The notes: generated by a model from the letters alone, not told the origin. Shown: positions 8,506-17,728, numbered from the stretch's first letter. The stretch is 41,619 nt of DNA from an uncultured Clostridium sp. (GCA_964400315.1 CAYNUD010000001.1:1-41619); one strand, 5' to 3'. Translations and numbers: made by a program.

Positions 8506-10173
8506 TCAAGCAGTCGTATACTTGACCGTAACGGTGTATGTTCTCTTCACGGCGTTACCGTTTTCGACTTCAACTGTGACCGTGTTATTGCCGGCAGTAA
8601 AGGTAGCGTTGCCGCCCGACTTCACGACGGTTGCTCCGTTTTTAATCGTAACAGTCGCGTCGCTCTTGAGCGCAGTTGCCGTAACTTTGTTCGATGCCGT
8701 TGTTACCTCGGCTGTATAGTTAAGCGTGTCTTTATCAAAGGCGGGGAAAAGATTTGCCGTGCCGATAGTGAGAGCGGAAAGACTCACCCTTTCGGTATTG
8801 GCGGCATCACCGGCAAACATCGTTTCGCCCGCAGGTTCGGCGTTTCCGTAATTAACCACGCAAAAGCTGTTGCCGAAAACAGGTGCGCCGTCATATCTCG
8901 CATAGCCCGCAAATACAGTCTGATGCTGAATAAAGCGCACGTGCTCGGAAGAGCCGAGCGAAAGCCCCTTTCTTTCGGCAAGAAGATAGCTTTGACCGTA
9001 GCCGCCGACGATTTCTCTGTCGGGAATAAAATCGAGCTCGATAATTTCGCCGTCGTTGAACGGAAGAACGTTGTCAACAGACGACTTGAGTGCCGCCGCA
9101 CTGTCGAACGCAAGAGCCTTCGCGTTAAGCTCGATTCTCGTCTTTCTGTTCATACACCAGAACGGTGATGCGTTTGTGCCGTTGCTTTCGGCAGCTCCGA
9201 GAGCTACGCCGAGAGCGGCGTAGAAATCAACGCCGTTTTTGTCGGCAAGGTCGAGCTTGAGCATATTGCTTGAGTGAAGGTCGGCCCATTCGGGAGCGGC
9301 AGCACCCCAGTCGGAGGGCTTTGAGGTCTGCGCAAGTCTCGCAACTATGCCGAGCGGCATTCCGTTTCCCTTTCCGTAAAGGATAGCCTTGTCAACCGCT
9401 CTGCCGATGCCGCCCGTGAGGAAGTCGATAATCGTTCCGAGAAAAGCCTCGTCGGTATCCTCGATGATTGAATTCGGGACGGGTACGAACGCCGACACCA
9501 TGTATGAATTCATATCAATCGCTCGAAGGTCAATTCGGTCTTCGTTGAAACCTGCGACAGCCTCGGTCCAGACTGCTTCGGGAATGCTGCCCGTTACAGG
9601 CTGACGGGCGTTGCCGCCTATGGTCATACAGTTTACCTTGCTCAAAAGTTTTGATGATTCCCAGATATGTTCTCTTGCAATTCCCAAAAGAACCTGCGGA
9701 ATGTTAAGCTCCGCACCGCTCACACCGCGCGTTTGCTTGCCGATGAGTTCTCTTGTTCTTGCGATAAACTCCTTAACGTCGTTTCTTGCGAGAATATTGC
9801 TTCTTGTTTCGGGCGAATATCCGCCGAAAATGCTTCTTTTTGCGTATTTTTCGTTCATAAAAACAGTCCTTTCCTCCTTGTTTTCACTGCCGGCAACCTC
9901 GGGCTCTTTGTTCTGAAGCTCCTCAACCTCTTCTTTAAGTTCCTCGATTTCAGATTCGAGACTTGCAATCTCTTCGTCAAGTCCGTCGAATTCTTCCCGG
10001 GCTTCCTCGAGCGCCTCCTCAACCATTCCGATATCTTCCTCGGTAACAGCCTCATCGAGTGCTTGACGAAGCTCGGTTATTTTGCCGTCTCTTTTTGTTT
10101 TCTTTTCGAGCAGAGCCGACAGTGCGGCTCTTTTCTGTTTAAGCTGAGCATTTAGCTTTAAGATTTTCAGCAT
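8506..10173 (-). CDS. HK97-family major capsid protein with N-terminal coiled-coil scaffold and C-terminal cadherin-like beta-sandwich
   Basis: Glu-rich coiled-coil N-terminus; IGRAVDKAILYGKGNGMPLGI and ARYDGAPV capsid motifs; C-terminal LSALTIG...PAFDKDTLNYT...RTYTVTV. Confidence 0.93.
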   Translation of the reverse strand: MLKILKLNAQLKQKRAALSALLEKKTKRDGKITELRQALDEAVTEEDIGMVEEALEEAREEFDGLDEEIASLESEIEELKEEVEELQNKEPEVAGSENKEERTVFMNEKYAKRSIFGGYSPETRSNILARNDVKEFIARTRELIGKQTRGVSGAELNIPQVLLGIAREHIWESSKLLSKVNCMTIGGNARQPVTGSIPEAVWTEAVAGFNEDRIDLRAIDMNSYMVSAFVPVPNSIIEDTDEAFLGTIIDFLTGGIGRAVDKAILYGKGNGMPLGIVARLAQTSKPSDWGAAAPEWADLHSSNMLKLDLADKNGVDFYAALGVALGAAESNGTNASPFWCMNRKTRIELNAKALAFDSAAALKSSVDNVLPFNDGEIIELDFIPDREIVGGYGQSYLLAERKGLSLGSSEHVRFIQHQTVFAGYARYDGAPVFGNSFCVVNYGNAEPAGETMFAGDAANTERVSLSALTIGTANLFPAFDKDTLNYTAEVTTASNKVTATALKSDATVTIKNGATVVKSGGNATFTAGNNTVTVEVENGNAVKRTYTVTVKYTTA

Positions 10174-10736
10174 TGTAAAGCCTCCAATTTCTCTTTTATT
10201 TTTCTTTTCCTCTCGGAAAAATGCTGTTCTTTGATTTTGTCGAGCTCCTTATTTCGGGCGGCGATTTCCGTGTCGCTGTAAAACGGGAATGTGCATACGC
10301 TTACCTCATACAGCTTGACTTTTTTAAGCGTACAAACAATACTTCCGTCCTCACGGTTCTCGATATCCTCATCGAGAATATCAAAGCCGAAAGAACATTG
10401 GTCAATGTCTCCACGCTTCACCCTTTCGTAAACATTCACCGCCTCGCTGTCCTCGGGGTTTATGACAATTCTTCCGAAAAGTCCTGTTTCATCGACAGAG
10501 AGTGTCAGCGTTCCCGCCTTGGTTCGGCCAAGCACCATGTGCGTTTGGTGGTCGAGCAAAGCTCTGACGTCACCTTCAAGTTCACCGTCAAAAGCATGTG
10601 GGGCAATTTTTTCAAAATAGCCCGCCCAGCCCTCGGCAAGCGAGTTGAATTTTGCAAAATACCCCTCGATGATAAGCTCCGAATTTTCGGAACGGGTTTG
10701 AAATCTTGATTTCGTGCAAGCACTTCGCTTATTCAC
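10167..10736 (-). CDS. HK97-family prohead protease
   Basis: IEGYFAKFN, ALLDH, LGRTKAGTL, SFGF, LYEVSVCTFPFY motifs. Confidence 0.95.
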   Translation of the reverse strand: MNKRSACTKSRFQTRSENSELIIEGYFAKFNSLAEGWAGYFEKIAPHAFDGELEGDVRALLDHQTHMVLGRTKAGTLTLSVDETGLFGRIVINPEDSEAVNVYERVKRGDIDQCSFGFDILDEDIENREDGSIVCTLKKVKLYEVSVCTFPFYSDTEIAARNKELDKIKEQHFSERKRKIKEKLEALQC

Positions 10737-11913
10737 CTTTTTTACCTCCGTTCAGTTTGTTTTGGTCTCCGAGCCTGTCTATGGGGATATAATTCTCAAG
10801 CGCTTGATATTCGTTCATGCCGTCAACATCAACCGGTGACAGTCCCAGCTCGTTTCTTGCCTCATTGCGGTTTATAATTCCCATGGCCGACATCTTCTCA
10901 ATGTAGCCGATTTTGTCGGCAAGCGAATATTGCATAAGCGACCTCGAATTAAATTCGACATACCGTGTCGGCGAAGCTATAAGCTTCTTCGTAAGCTCCT
11001 GCTCGATAATTTTTGCAAACGACAACACCGTCGTTGCAATAAAGTTGTTGTAAGCGTCGAGGCTGAAATCTCCCACGCCGAGCATAAATGCCGGCATTCC
11101 GAAAGCCGCCGCAATTGTCCGCTTATTAAGCTCGATGCTCTCGCTTATCGCAAGATCCTTGAGTGTAAGAGGCTGTACTTTTTCAACCTCGATTTCGCCC
11201 GCAGGAATAAGCCACGGTTCGCCCGCCTCGGTTGTTTCTGTGTAGCTGTCAAGAATAGCTCTTCGCTTCTCTTTGTCCTCAAGCTCCTCGGAATCCGACT
11301 GTGTCGAAATAATAAGTCCGGGCTTCCATTTGCTTTTTAAGAACGCCGACGAAGTCGCCTGCGCCTGTGCCTGATCTCTGATGCACCGCTTAATCTGAGG
11401 TGTGAAGCCCTCGCCGACAAACGGATTTTCTTCGCTCGGGTTGAGGACGAAATGCAGCAGCTCGTCGGGAGCATAGACCTGTCCGTCAACCGTTATCGTG
11501 TACGCATCGAAGTTTGCTTTATTGAAGGAGACCCTGCTCATCGGTATCGGCAGGATTTCCTTAACAAAATCGCCCTCGACTCTCGGAAAAGCCACTGCGT
11601 TTCCGTAAATGCAAAGGTCTCGAACGACGTTGTATACGAATGTCTTTCGGGTCATCAAAGCGTTAGGCATGATGTCAAGCCGTCTCGAAAGTCCGTCCTT
11701 GATGCGCCTGTCCCCGTTCTCGCCGTTTTCCATAACCTTAACCGTCATGTTGCTGACAAGGTCGGCGATTTTGTTAACGGCTTGCCGCACCTCTTCGCTT
11801 TTATCGAGTGAAACATAACCCTCGGGTATTATTTCGTCCGGCAAGAGCTGAACAAGCCGCACAGGTGCGTCTCTCGTGTTTTGTCCTGCTTTTCTTCTTT
11901 TTGAAAATCGCAT
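10729..11913 (-). CDS. HK97-family portal protein
   Basis: YGNA, IAAAFGMPAFMLG, GIINRNEARNELGLSP motifs; follows terL. Confidence 0.93.
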   Translation of the reverse strand: MRFSKRRKAGQNTRDAPVRLVQLLPDEIIPEGYVSLDKSEEVRQAVNKIADLVSNMTVKVMENGENGDRRIKDGLSRRLDIMPNALMTRKTFVYNVVRDLCIYGNAVAFPRVEGDFVKEILPIPMSRVSFNKANFDAYTITVDGQVYAPDELLHFVLNPSEENPFVGEGFTPQIKRCIRDQAQAQATSSAFLKSKWKPGLIISTQSDSEELEDKEKRRAILDSYTETTEAGEPWLIPAGEIEVEKVQPLTLKDLAISESIELNKRTIAAAFGMPAFMLGVGDFSLDAYNNFIATTVLSFAKIIEQELTKKLIASPTRYVEFNSRSLMQYSLADKIGYIEKMSAMGIINRNEARNELGLSPVDVDGMNEYQALENYIPIDRLGDQNKLNGGKKGE

Positions 11914-11922
11914 TTTTTCACC

Positions 11923-13644
11923 TCAAAACCAATTTTCGCTTTTATTCTCTTTGCTCATATTTTCAAGCAGCCGTATCGTTGCGAAAACGGCCGCATCGAA
12001 CACATCTATTCGGTCGTGCTCCCCGACCTTTTCATACATCACCATTTCGTCCGTCTTTTCAATCGCTTTGACATTCGCAACGCAATATTCGAAAGGCTCG
12101 GCGTGAAAGTAATACAGTTGCCCGTTTTTCGCTTTTTGTTCAATAAATCGAAAACCCTCGGATTTTTTATAATAATATTGTGGCTGGTCAACGATTTTGA
12201 ATTTACTCTTTTTCATGAGCATAAAATACTCACGGCAAAATTTTCTGTCGTGGCCGACTTCTTTAATTTTAAAGCCGTCGGCTCTTTTCTGCTTGAACCA
12301 TGCAACCGGCTCGGCGTGATTGACCGTCGGATGATTGCTCATCGAAAGCCAGCCGTCGTCTTGCCACCCAAAAAGCGGAATAGAGTCCTCCTCCGCCTTT
12401 TCTTTTGCCTTGACAATCGGGAAAAAGCAATGCGGCAAAACAATCAACGTTTCTCCGTAAAGTCCGACAAGCGCCGTTGCCGTCAAGTCGTGAAGCTTCG
12501 AAAGGTCCGCGCCGCCGAACCATTTAACCGGCAGCTTTGCGGCTTCTTCGGGCGACCAGTTGTATTTTGCGTCCGAAGCGATAAATTCGCCGATGTCGAA
12601 GTAAGCTTTCATTGCCGACGTATACACGTTCAATGACTTGTTGAAAAACTCCTTTTTCGTTTGCGGGTCATTCTGTGCAAGGTAAGCATCGGCAAGAATG
12701 TCATCGGGCCGAATGCTTATGCCGTAACCGGGGTTCGCCGCTTCATGTACGGCGGGGTTTAAGAAATCCACATTGCCGTGCTCATCTTCGTCCGCTTTGC
12801 AAACGAAGATAAAAAGCTCTTCGGCTTCAACCGTGCCGTCAAGCACCTTTTCGCAATATTTCAATCGCCTGTAGCAATAGCTGTTCACGCTGTCGCCGGC
12901 TGTTGAAATGCCAATCATCAGCTTGTTGGTGTACGCCTTCATAGCATCCTTGATGATTGAATATTGCTTCGGCGACTTGTAAGCGTGAAGCTCGTCGGCA
13001 ATGGCAATGTTGCAGTTGAGTGAATCGTGCGCATCGGGGTTAGCCGCAAGAGCTCTTATGTAAATCGAGCCGTCGGCACCTATTTCGCCCGAAATGCTAT
13101 GCTCTTGATTGTTGTCGAGAATGCGAAAATTCCGCTCCTCGCCCATTGCTCGAAGATTATATCGAATGAAACCGAACGACTGCATTGACTGCTGCATCGC
13201 AGCGGCGGTGATATACGCAGTTGCTCCGCTGCGCCGTTCCAAAACAGACAACGCCCAAACCAACGCCGCCGCAAAGGTTGTTTTTATATTTTTCCTCGGG
13301 ATAAAAATAAAAGCTTCCTTGAAACGGCGGATTTTAGTGCCTTTAATCTTGAAAGCAAGCAAGTTGTAAATGATGAATTTGTGGTAATCGGTAAGCAGAA
13401 AAGGCTTGCCTCTGAGCGGTGCGCCGTCAATCGTTTCGCCCTTTTCGTGAACGAAAGTCATTTCAATCAGCCCGATGACAAATTCTGCATCTTTGGGCTC
13501 AAACGAATATTTCGGATTTTCAAGGTCGGCAAAAAAGCGATCAACAGCTTGCTTCAAAGTCTTGCAGGCGTTTTTCTTGCCGGAGCGAACAGCCTCGGCA
13601 TACGCGAATACCGTCGCTTTGTTTTTGAAAACTTCCTTAGCCAA
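11923..13644 (-). CDS. terL: Terminase large subunit
   Basis: PRKNIKT Walker A variant, IADELH Walker B, ISTAG, GGADLSKLHDLTA nuclease motif, RIDVFDA. Confidence 0.95.
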   Translation of the reverse strand: MAKEVFKNKATVFAYAEAVRSGKKNACKTLKQAVDRFFADLENPKYSFEPKDAEFVIGLIEMTFVHEKGETIDGAPLRGKPFLLTDYHKFIIYNLLAFKIKGTKIRRFKEAFIFIPRKNIKTTFAAALVWALSVLERRSGATAYITAAAMQQSMQSFGFIRYNLRAMGEERNFRILDNNQEHSISGEIGADGSIYIRALAANPDAHDSLNCNIAIADELHAYKSPKQYSIIKDAMKAYTNKLMIGISTAGDSVNSYCYRRLKYCEKVLDGTVEAEELFIFVCKADEDEHGNVDFLNPAVHEAANPGYGISIRPDDILADAYLAQNDPQTKKEFFNKSLNVYTSAMKAYFDIGEFIASDAKYNWSPEEAAKLPVKWFGGADLSKLHDLTATALVGLYGETLIVLPHCFFPIVKAKEKAEEDSIPLFGWQDDGWLSMSNHPTVNHAEPVAWFKQKRADGFKIKEVGHDRKFCREYFMLMKKSKFKIVDQPQYYYKKSEGFRFIEQKAKNGQLYYFHAEPFEYCVANVKAIEKTDEMVMYEKVGEHDRIDVFDAAVFATIRLLENMSKENKSENWF

Positions 13645-13990
13645 GCGCTTTCAACGCCTTTTCAAGTGCTGACTCTTCTTCTTCCTTTTCAACCTCGGTC
13701 TTGAAGTAAATTTTCGGATTCAGACACAGCCTGTCCGAATATTGCAAAATGTCTTTTCGCAGGTTTTCAAGCTCCGAAACAACAGGCGATTTTTTCACGT
13801 CGCCGCTGTTTGTTTTTGCGGTCACGGCATAACCGCTTTTTTTATAAATAACGGTCAGTCGGCGATACTGCTCGAGAAGTTCCGAATAAATATCAAGGAC
13901 GTCGTCAAACTCGGGCTTATAAACGCCGATTTTTTGCATTTGCTTTTTTGCGTTTTTCTTAATTGATTCTTTCAAAACCGCCCGTGCCAA
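13637..13990 (-). CDS. terS: Terminase small subunit, P27 family
   Basis: GGAGGTGA RBS before TTG 13990; KKSPVVSELENLRKDILQYSDRLCLNPK; immediately upstream of terL. Confidence 0.85.
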   Translation of the reverse strand: MARAVLKESIKKNAKKQMQKIGVYKPEFDDVLDIYSELLEQYRRLTVIYKKSGYAVTAKTNSGDVKKSPVVSELENLRKDILQYSDRLCLNPKIYFKTEVEKEEEESALEKALKALG

Positions 13991-14024
13991 GCCCTCACCT
14001 CCGAATTTTTTTGAAAAATTCCGC

Positions 14025-14090
14025 TCTATTGGAAAGAGTCCTCCCTCCGCGGTCGAAAACTCCCTCAAAAATCATTTTCGACCCGGGGGG
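14025..14090. other. Candidate cos packaging region
   Basis: Between HNH and terS, where HK97-like phages place cos; inverted repeat GGTCGAAAA (14051-14059) / TTTTCGACC (14075-14083) flanked by G/C runs. Confidence 0.45.
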
Positions 14091-14356
14091 ATTGTTTTTG
14101 ATTTTAGATTTTCGCCGTGCCGGGTAAGCTCCCCCGTCTCTCTGTCATGCATAAGCTCGTGTGCTGCCGCTGAAAGTGAAATCAGGTTCCAATCTTCCCA
14201 TGCATATTCGGGATAATCTTTTGCCGGGTAGATATGATGCACTCTTGTTGCTTCAACGTTTTTTCCGTAGCGTTTAGAGTACCGGCAAAGGTACCCGTCT
14301 CTTTTCAAGACATAAGCTCGCTTCTTTTTCCAGCGAGCCGAATGATAGTCAAACAT
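14072..14356 (-). CDS. Terminase-associated HNH endonuclease (HK97 gp74-like)
   Basis: RWKKKRAYVLKRDGYLC, VHHIYP, WNLISL...H...H; upstream of terS. Confidence 0.9.
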   Translation of the reverse strand: MFDYHSARWKKKRAYVLKRDGYLCRYSKRYGKNVEATRVHHIYPAKDYPEYAWEDWNLISLSAAAHELMHDRETGELTRHGENLKSKTIPPGRK

Positions 14357-14400
14357 TATTTTCCTACCCTCATACCCTGTACGGACATTGTGCCGCACCT

Positions 14401-14455
14401 TACCGTCATTTCGACGGTATCAGCATATCACCTTTCGCACGCCCCTGTGTTACCT
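14401..14455 (-). promoter_or_regulatory. Candidate activator-dependent late promoter
   Basis: Extended -10 TGaTATGCT (14430-14422) with no good -35, at the end of the activator-like gene; 5' hairpin TACCGTC/GACGGTA (14401-14419). Confidence 0.5.
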
Positions 14456-14863
14456 TTTTAATTTGTCAAGATGACAAAAAAACGCTCTTCTGTATTTTTC
14501 GTAAAAATTGCGGCGGCCGCACGGAGGAATAAGCGGCACCCGTTCATATGATGCACCCTTGGTAACGGAATACATCAAAAACGGCAACACGCCTCTGTCC
14601 TCTCCGCAGGCAAGCTGTGCGGCACGCTCTATAAGCTCCGTATCTCGGACATACCTTTCCCGAAGCTCGGTTATCCTTTCCGGAGCACTTTCCCCGTTTG
14701 CTCCACTTGCACTCTTTCCGCCGCTTGCTCTGAGAGACATATCCATACAGTCAATCGCTTTCTTTCGCATTTCGTCATACTGCAAGCAAAAATATCTCAG
14801 CTCGACATATCTGTTCGGTGAAATTTCGTATCTGTTTTGCTCCCCGATTTTGTATTTTCTCAT
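14450..14863 (-). CDS. Putative late transcriptional activator (RinA/ArpU-like position)
   Basis: Last early gene before packaging module; ELRYFCLQY N-terminus, basic helical C-terminus GRRNFYEKYRRAFF. Confidence 0.6.
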   Translation of the reverse strand: MRKYKIGEQNRYEISPNRYVELRYFCLQYDEMRKKAIDCMDMSLRASGGKSASGANGESAPERITELRERYVRDTELIERAAQLACGEDRGVLPFLMYSVTKGASYERVPLIPPCGRRNFYEKYRRAFFCHLDKLKR

Positions 14864-14908
14864 TTTGTACTCCCTTCAAGCTAAAACTTTACACATTTAC
14901 AAGGCTTT

Positions 14909-15676
14909 TCAAACGACATTCAAATTTGTCGCTTTTTTCTTTCTTTTCGGTGGTTCTTTTTGTTCTAAAGGAACTTTTATATACTTAAACCATAAATAAC
15001 CGTATATAGTCTCTAAGCTTTCAACAAGCTCATAGCCCTGCGGTGCCGCAGGCGCTCTCATGCTTGAGTAATTTCTTTTTATTTCTTTTGGTTCTTCCTC
15101 GACGGGTCGAACGAAATTTCTTGTCATTTTATATCTGTGTCCGCCCTGTTCCGGCGTCCAATGCTCAAACAAGTAAACCGCAAGCCCAGTGTAATCTTGA
15201 CCGCAATCGGTTTTGTTGTAAAAATTATGTTCTCTCAAAAACTGAACATCAACTACGCTGCCATAAAACCATTGTTTCCTTATATACTCCTCGGGAACGC
15301 CTTTCGAAACCATATGCATATGAATTCTGTTTGTGTGCTTTCCTCTTCCCATGTGAATTGTTATGACCGCCTCGGGATAACGATACCTGAGGCGGTTGTA
15401 ATATCTGTCTCGAATAATTCGAGCTTCTTCAAACGTGTGTACTTCGCTTGCAAGGTCAAAGGTGAGGGTGCTGTATAGCGAGCTCGAATCAAAAGTCGCG
15501 TTAAAAATGCGAACAAAGCGACGGCGGGCAATGCCGTCACGATGTTGCTTTCTTTGTTCTTCGTTTTCAAAGCGCAGTCTTTTGTCGGGATTTTTCAAAG
15601 ACCTACAGCCGTCGGGAATGGTATATATCTCTTGTTCAAGCACGGTGCCCGAAAAGGTTCTTTTTTTAATTCTCAT
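14909..15676 (-). CDS. HUH-family rolling-circle replication initiator-like protein
   Basis: Motif I STLTF, motif II RIHMHMV, motif III LAVYL in canonical order. Confidence 0.75.
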   Translation of the reverse strand: MRIKKRTFSGTVLEQEIYTIPDGCRSLKNPDKRLRFENEEQRKQHRDGIARRRFVRIFNATFDSSSLYSTLTFDLASEVHTFEEARIIRDRYYNRLRYRYPEAVITIHMGRGKHTNRIHMHMVSKGVPEEYIRKQWFYGSVVDVQFLREHNFYNKTDCGQDYTGLAVYLFEHWTPEQGGHRYKMTRNFVRPVEEEPKEIKRNYSSMRAPAAPQGYELVESLETIYGYLWFKYIKVPLEQKEPPKRKKKATNLNVV

Positions 15677-15863
15677 TTTTTACCCTCACCTCGCCTCGCT
15701 CCACTCGCCTCATACAAGTGTAGGTACAAACATAGTTGTTTTCTCTGTCCTTTCCGATTTTCCAAACGTGCTCCGGCGCAGGTCTGAAGACCTTGCCGCA
15801 CACAGGGCACCGGCGTTCTTTTTGCTTTTGTTCCTCAACAATCGTATCAATGCTGCTCCACAT
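15666..15863 (-). CDS. Small zinc-binding phage protein
   Basis: CPVCGKVF...YVCTYTC (TRASH/MYM-like Cys pattern); GAGGA RBS. Confidence 0.6.
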   Translation of the reverse strand: MWSSIDTIVEEQKQKERRCPVCGKVFRPAPEHVWKIGKDRENNYVCTYTCMRRVERGEVRVKNEN

Positions 15864-15872
15864 ATTAAGTCC

Positions 15873-16220
15873 TCAGAGTTCGTTTATTTCCTCGGCGATT
15901 TTCTTTGCGGCCGAGAGCGTAAAGCCGTACAGTCCGCCCAGCCGGCTTGCCGCGGCTACAATTGCCGTGCCGTAAATGTCATCTTCCGCCGACGGCAAAA
16001 GCGCGAAATAAGTCGCACGTTCATTAACGTGCAGTTCTTTCTTTTTTCTTGAGCCGACAGAGAACATAACGGCTCGCTCGCCGTCAAATTCGCAATTATC
16101 TTTTTTTATCATCATTCCGAGTCTTGTGTTTATAAACTCCGCCGCCTGTTCAATCGTGCCGAAACAAAGCTCATGTGCCGGCTTATGCAGCGGAATGACT
16201 ACCATATACCTTTTTGCCAT
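15873..16220 (-). CDS. Phage hypothetical protein (possibly DUF3846-like)
   Basis: In early operon; LHVNERA...DDIYGTAIV resembles DUF3846 C-terminus. Confidence 0.5.
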   Translation of the reverse strand: MAKRYMVVIPLHKPAHELCFGTIEQAAEFINTRLGMMIKKDNCEFDGERAVMFSVGSRKKKELHVNERATYFALLPSAEDDIYGTAIVAAASRLGGLYGFTLSAAKKIAEEINEL

Positions 16221-16351
16221 TATTCACTCATCTTCCTGTCCGTCTATGTATTTTTGGTATTCAATTGTTTTTTTGAGCATTCCCCGCCGTTCGTGTGTTG
16301 CGAAACAATACCGGCTTTATTTAATTTTTCTTGTTGAACGGCAGGGCATAA

Positions 16352-16627
16352 TCACCAATTTGGAGCGTTTTTGCTCAACTGAACCGCCGCATCGGTGACG
16401 GCTCTGAGCTGTGAAAGGCTCATTCCCTTCATTTCGTCAATTACTCTTTGCAGCGGACGGCCACCGCCGACCTCTCTCGATGCCGAAAGAAGCCGCTCAT
16501 CATAAGGGTCGCTTACTTCGACGAACAAGCAGTCTTCGCCCACTGCGGCGGCAATAACCTCTTGAAGCCCGATTATATCGTCACTGTCGTGAATTCTTTT
16601 TATTTGACATTTCATTTCAATAATCAT
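16352..16627 (-). CDS. Phage hypothetical protein
   Basis: ATG 16627 overlaps the upstream gene's 3' end; GLQEVIA motif. Confidence 0.55.
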   Translation of the reverse strand: MIIEMKCQIKRIHDSDDIIGLQEVIAAAVGEDCLFVEVSDPYDERLLSASREVGGGRPLQRVIDEMKGMSLSQLRAVTDAAVQLSKNAPNW

Positions 16628-17060
16628 GCTCTTCGCCTCTTTTGAGCAGTTTTTGAAGATTTTGTGCATTATCTTTCGTCATGCCTATCGTGAATCCTTT
16701 GTTGAAAAATACATACGCCTTTTTTTCGTCGTTGCTGAATACATAAACCTTGTCTGTCACAAAGAACGGTCTGACTTTATAAGTTCCGAGTTCTTCTTCT
16801 ACTTTGCGGAACACGCCGAGCGTGTTGCTCGCCGAATGAATTACCGGGGCTTCTCCCGCTTTTTTGACAACATACCACGCACCGGGACTTAACTGACGTT
16901 CCATTCGGTCTTTCATTATGCTTCGACAGCAAGTAACGGTGCTGAGCAAATCGCACTTGCAACAGCAATTTCTGCAACACTCCATGCACACCTTATTGCC
17001 CTCGCACCACATTATGTTGTTAATTTCTTTTCCGCAAACGGAACACTTAACCTTAGTCAT
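16617..17060 (-). CDS. Cys-rich phage hypothetical protein
   Basis: Overlapping neighbours; N-terminal CSVC...CMECCRNCCCKC...CC. Confidence 0.6.
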   Translation of the reverse strand: MTKVKCSVCGKEINNIMWCEGNKVCMECCRNCCCKCDLLSTVTCCRSIMKDRMERQLSPGAWYVVKKAGEAPVIHSASNTLGVFRKVEEELGTYKVRPFFVTDKVYVFSNDEKKAYVFFNKGFTIGMTKDNAQNLQKLLKRGEEHDY

Positions 17061-17274
17061 TGCACATTACCCAGATAGTGTCGCAGATTTTTTCCAAGGT
17101 ATCTAAACGAGTGTCAAAGATTTCAAGAGTTACATCCAAAGCGCCTTCCTCAAGCTCGTTTCTCTCGAGAGCAGCCGCACACACAAGCAAGGTTTTGTTT
17201 GCGTTTCTCAGAGCAGTTATTAAATCAAACTCATCTTGTGTGAGCTCTTTTATTTCAAAGTTATTTTCGAGCAT
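17053..17274 (-). CDS. Phage hypothetical protein
   Basis: GGAGG RBS; 73 aa acidic helical protein. Confidence 0.6.
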   Translation of the reverse strand: MLENNFEIKELTQDEFDLITALRNANKTLLVCAAALERNELEEGALDVTLEIFDTRLDTLEKICDTIWVMCND

Positions 17275-17509
17275 TACTGTTCCTCCAATCGTTAATAAGT
17301 CGCACGGGCATATGCGCCGTGTCGTTTTTGATTTTTTCGCCGTAAATACGCCTGCGGAGTGCGGGAATGCTTTTGACCGCCCAACGCAGAATTTTTCGAG
17401 CCGTTCGGCGTTCCCAAGCGGCTATCCTTCGGTCATTGAACATCAAGAAAATCGCAATGACGACAAGCGCAAAGTCAATTAAGGTGCGCACGGTGTCCGA
17501 TGTGTTCAT
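17261..17509 (-). CDS. Small phage membrane protein
   Basis: ATGA overlap with xis-like gene; hydrophobic LIDFALVVIAIFLMF followed by basic segment. Confidence 0.6.
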   Translation of the reverse strand: MNTSDTVRTLIDFALVVIAIFLMFNDRRIAAWERRTARKILRWAVKSIPALRRRIYGEKIKNDTAHMPVRLINDWRNSNARK

Positions 17510-17712
17510 TTTTTCACTCCTTCCGTAAAGGCTCGCAGGTCGTCTCGGTTGAATTTGAAGCATTTACCAAGGCGAAAGCTCTTTAACACGCCTGCACTTG
17601 CGAGCTTGATTATCGTTGATTCCGAGCAGTCGAACAATCGAGCTGCTTCGGGACTGCCGAGTATCAGCGGCACGTCCTCCCAGCGCAAATACGGCTTCGG
17701 TCCTTTTAACAC
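17506..17712 (-). CDS. Excisionase-like helix-turn-helix protein
   Basis: AAGGAGG plus GTG; EAARLFDCSESTI..LA..G.LKSFRLGKCFKFNRDDL (HTH_17/Xis pattern). Confidence 0.8.
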   Translation of the reverse strand: MLKGPKPYLRWEDVPLILGSPEAARLFDCSESTIIKLASAGVLKSFRLGKCFKFNRDDLRAFTEGVKK

Positions 17713-17728
17713 GGGTATTCCTCCTTAA

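Noticed and set aside
13279-13300. terL Walker A reads RKNIKT rather than RKNGKT
   Set aside because: The rest of the gene is intact with all other motifs; more likely a subfamily variant than inactivation, though not verifiable without an alignment
16221-16351. Gap in the early operon with tiny ORFs (MPCRSTRKIK; MLKKTIEYQKYIDGQEDE)
   Set aside because: No convincing RBS, motif or structure; could be a decayed gene but unsupported
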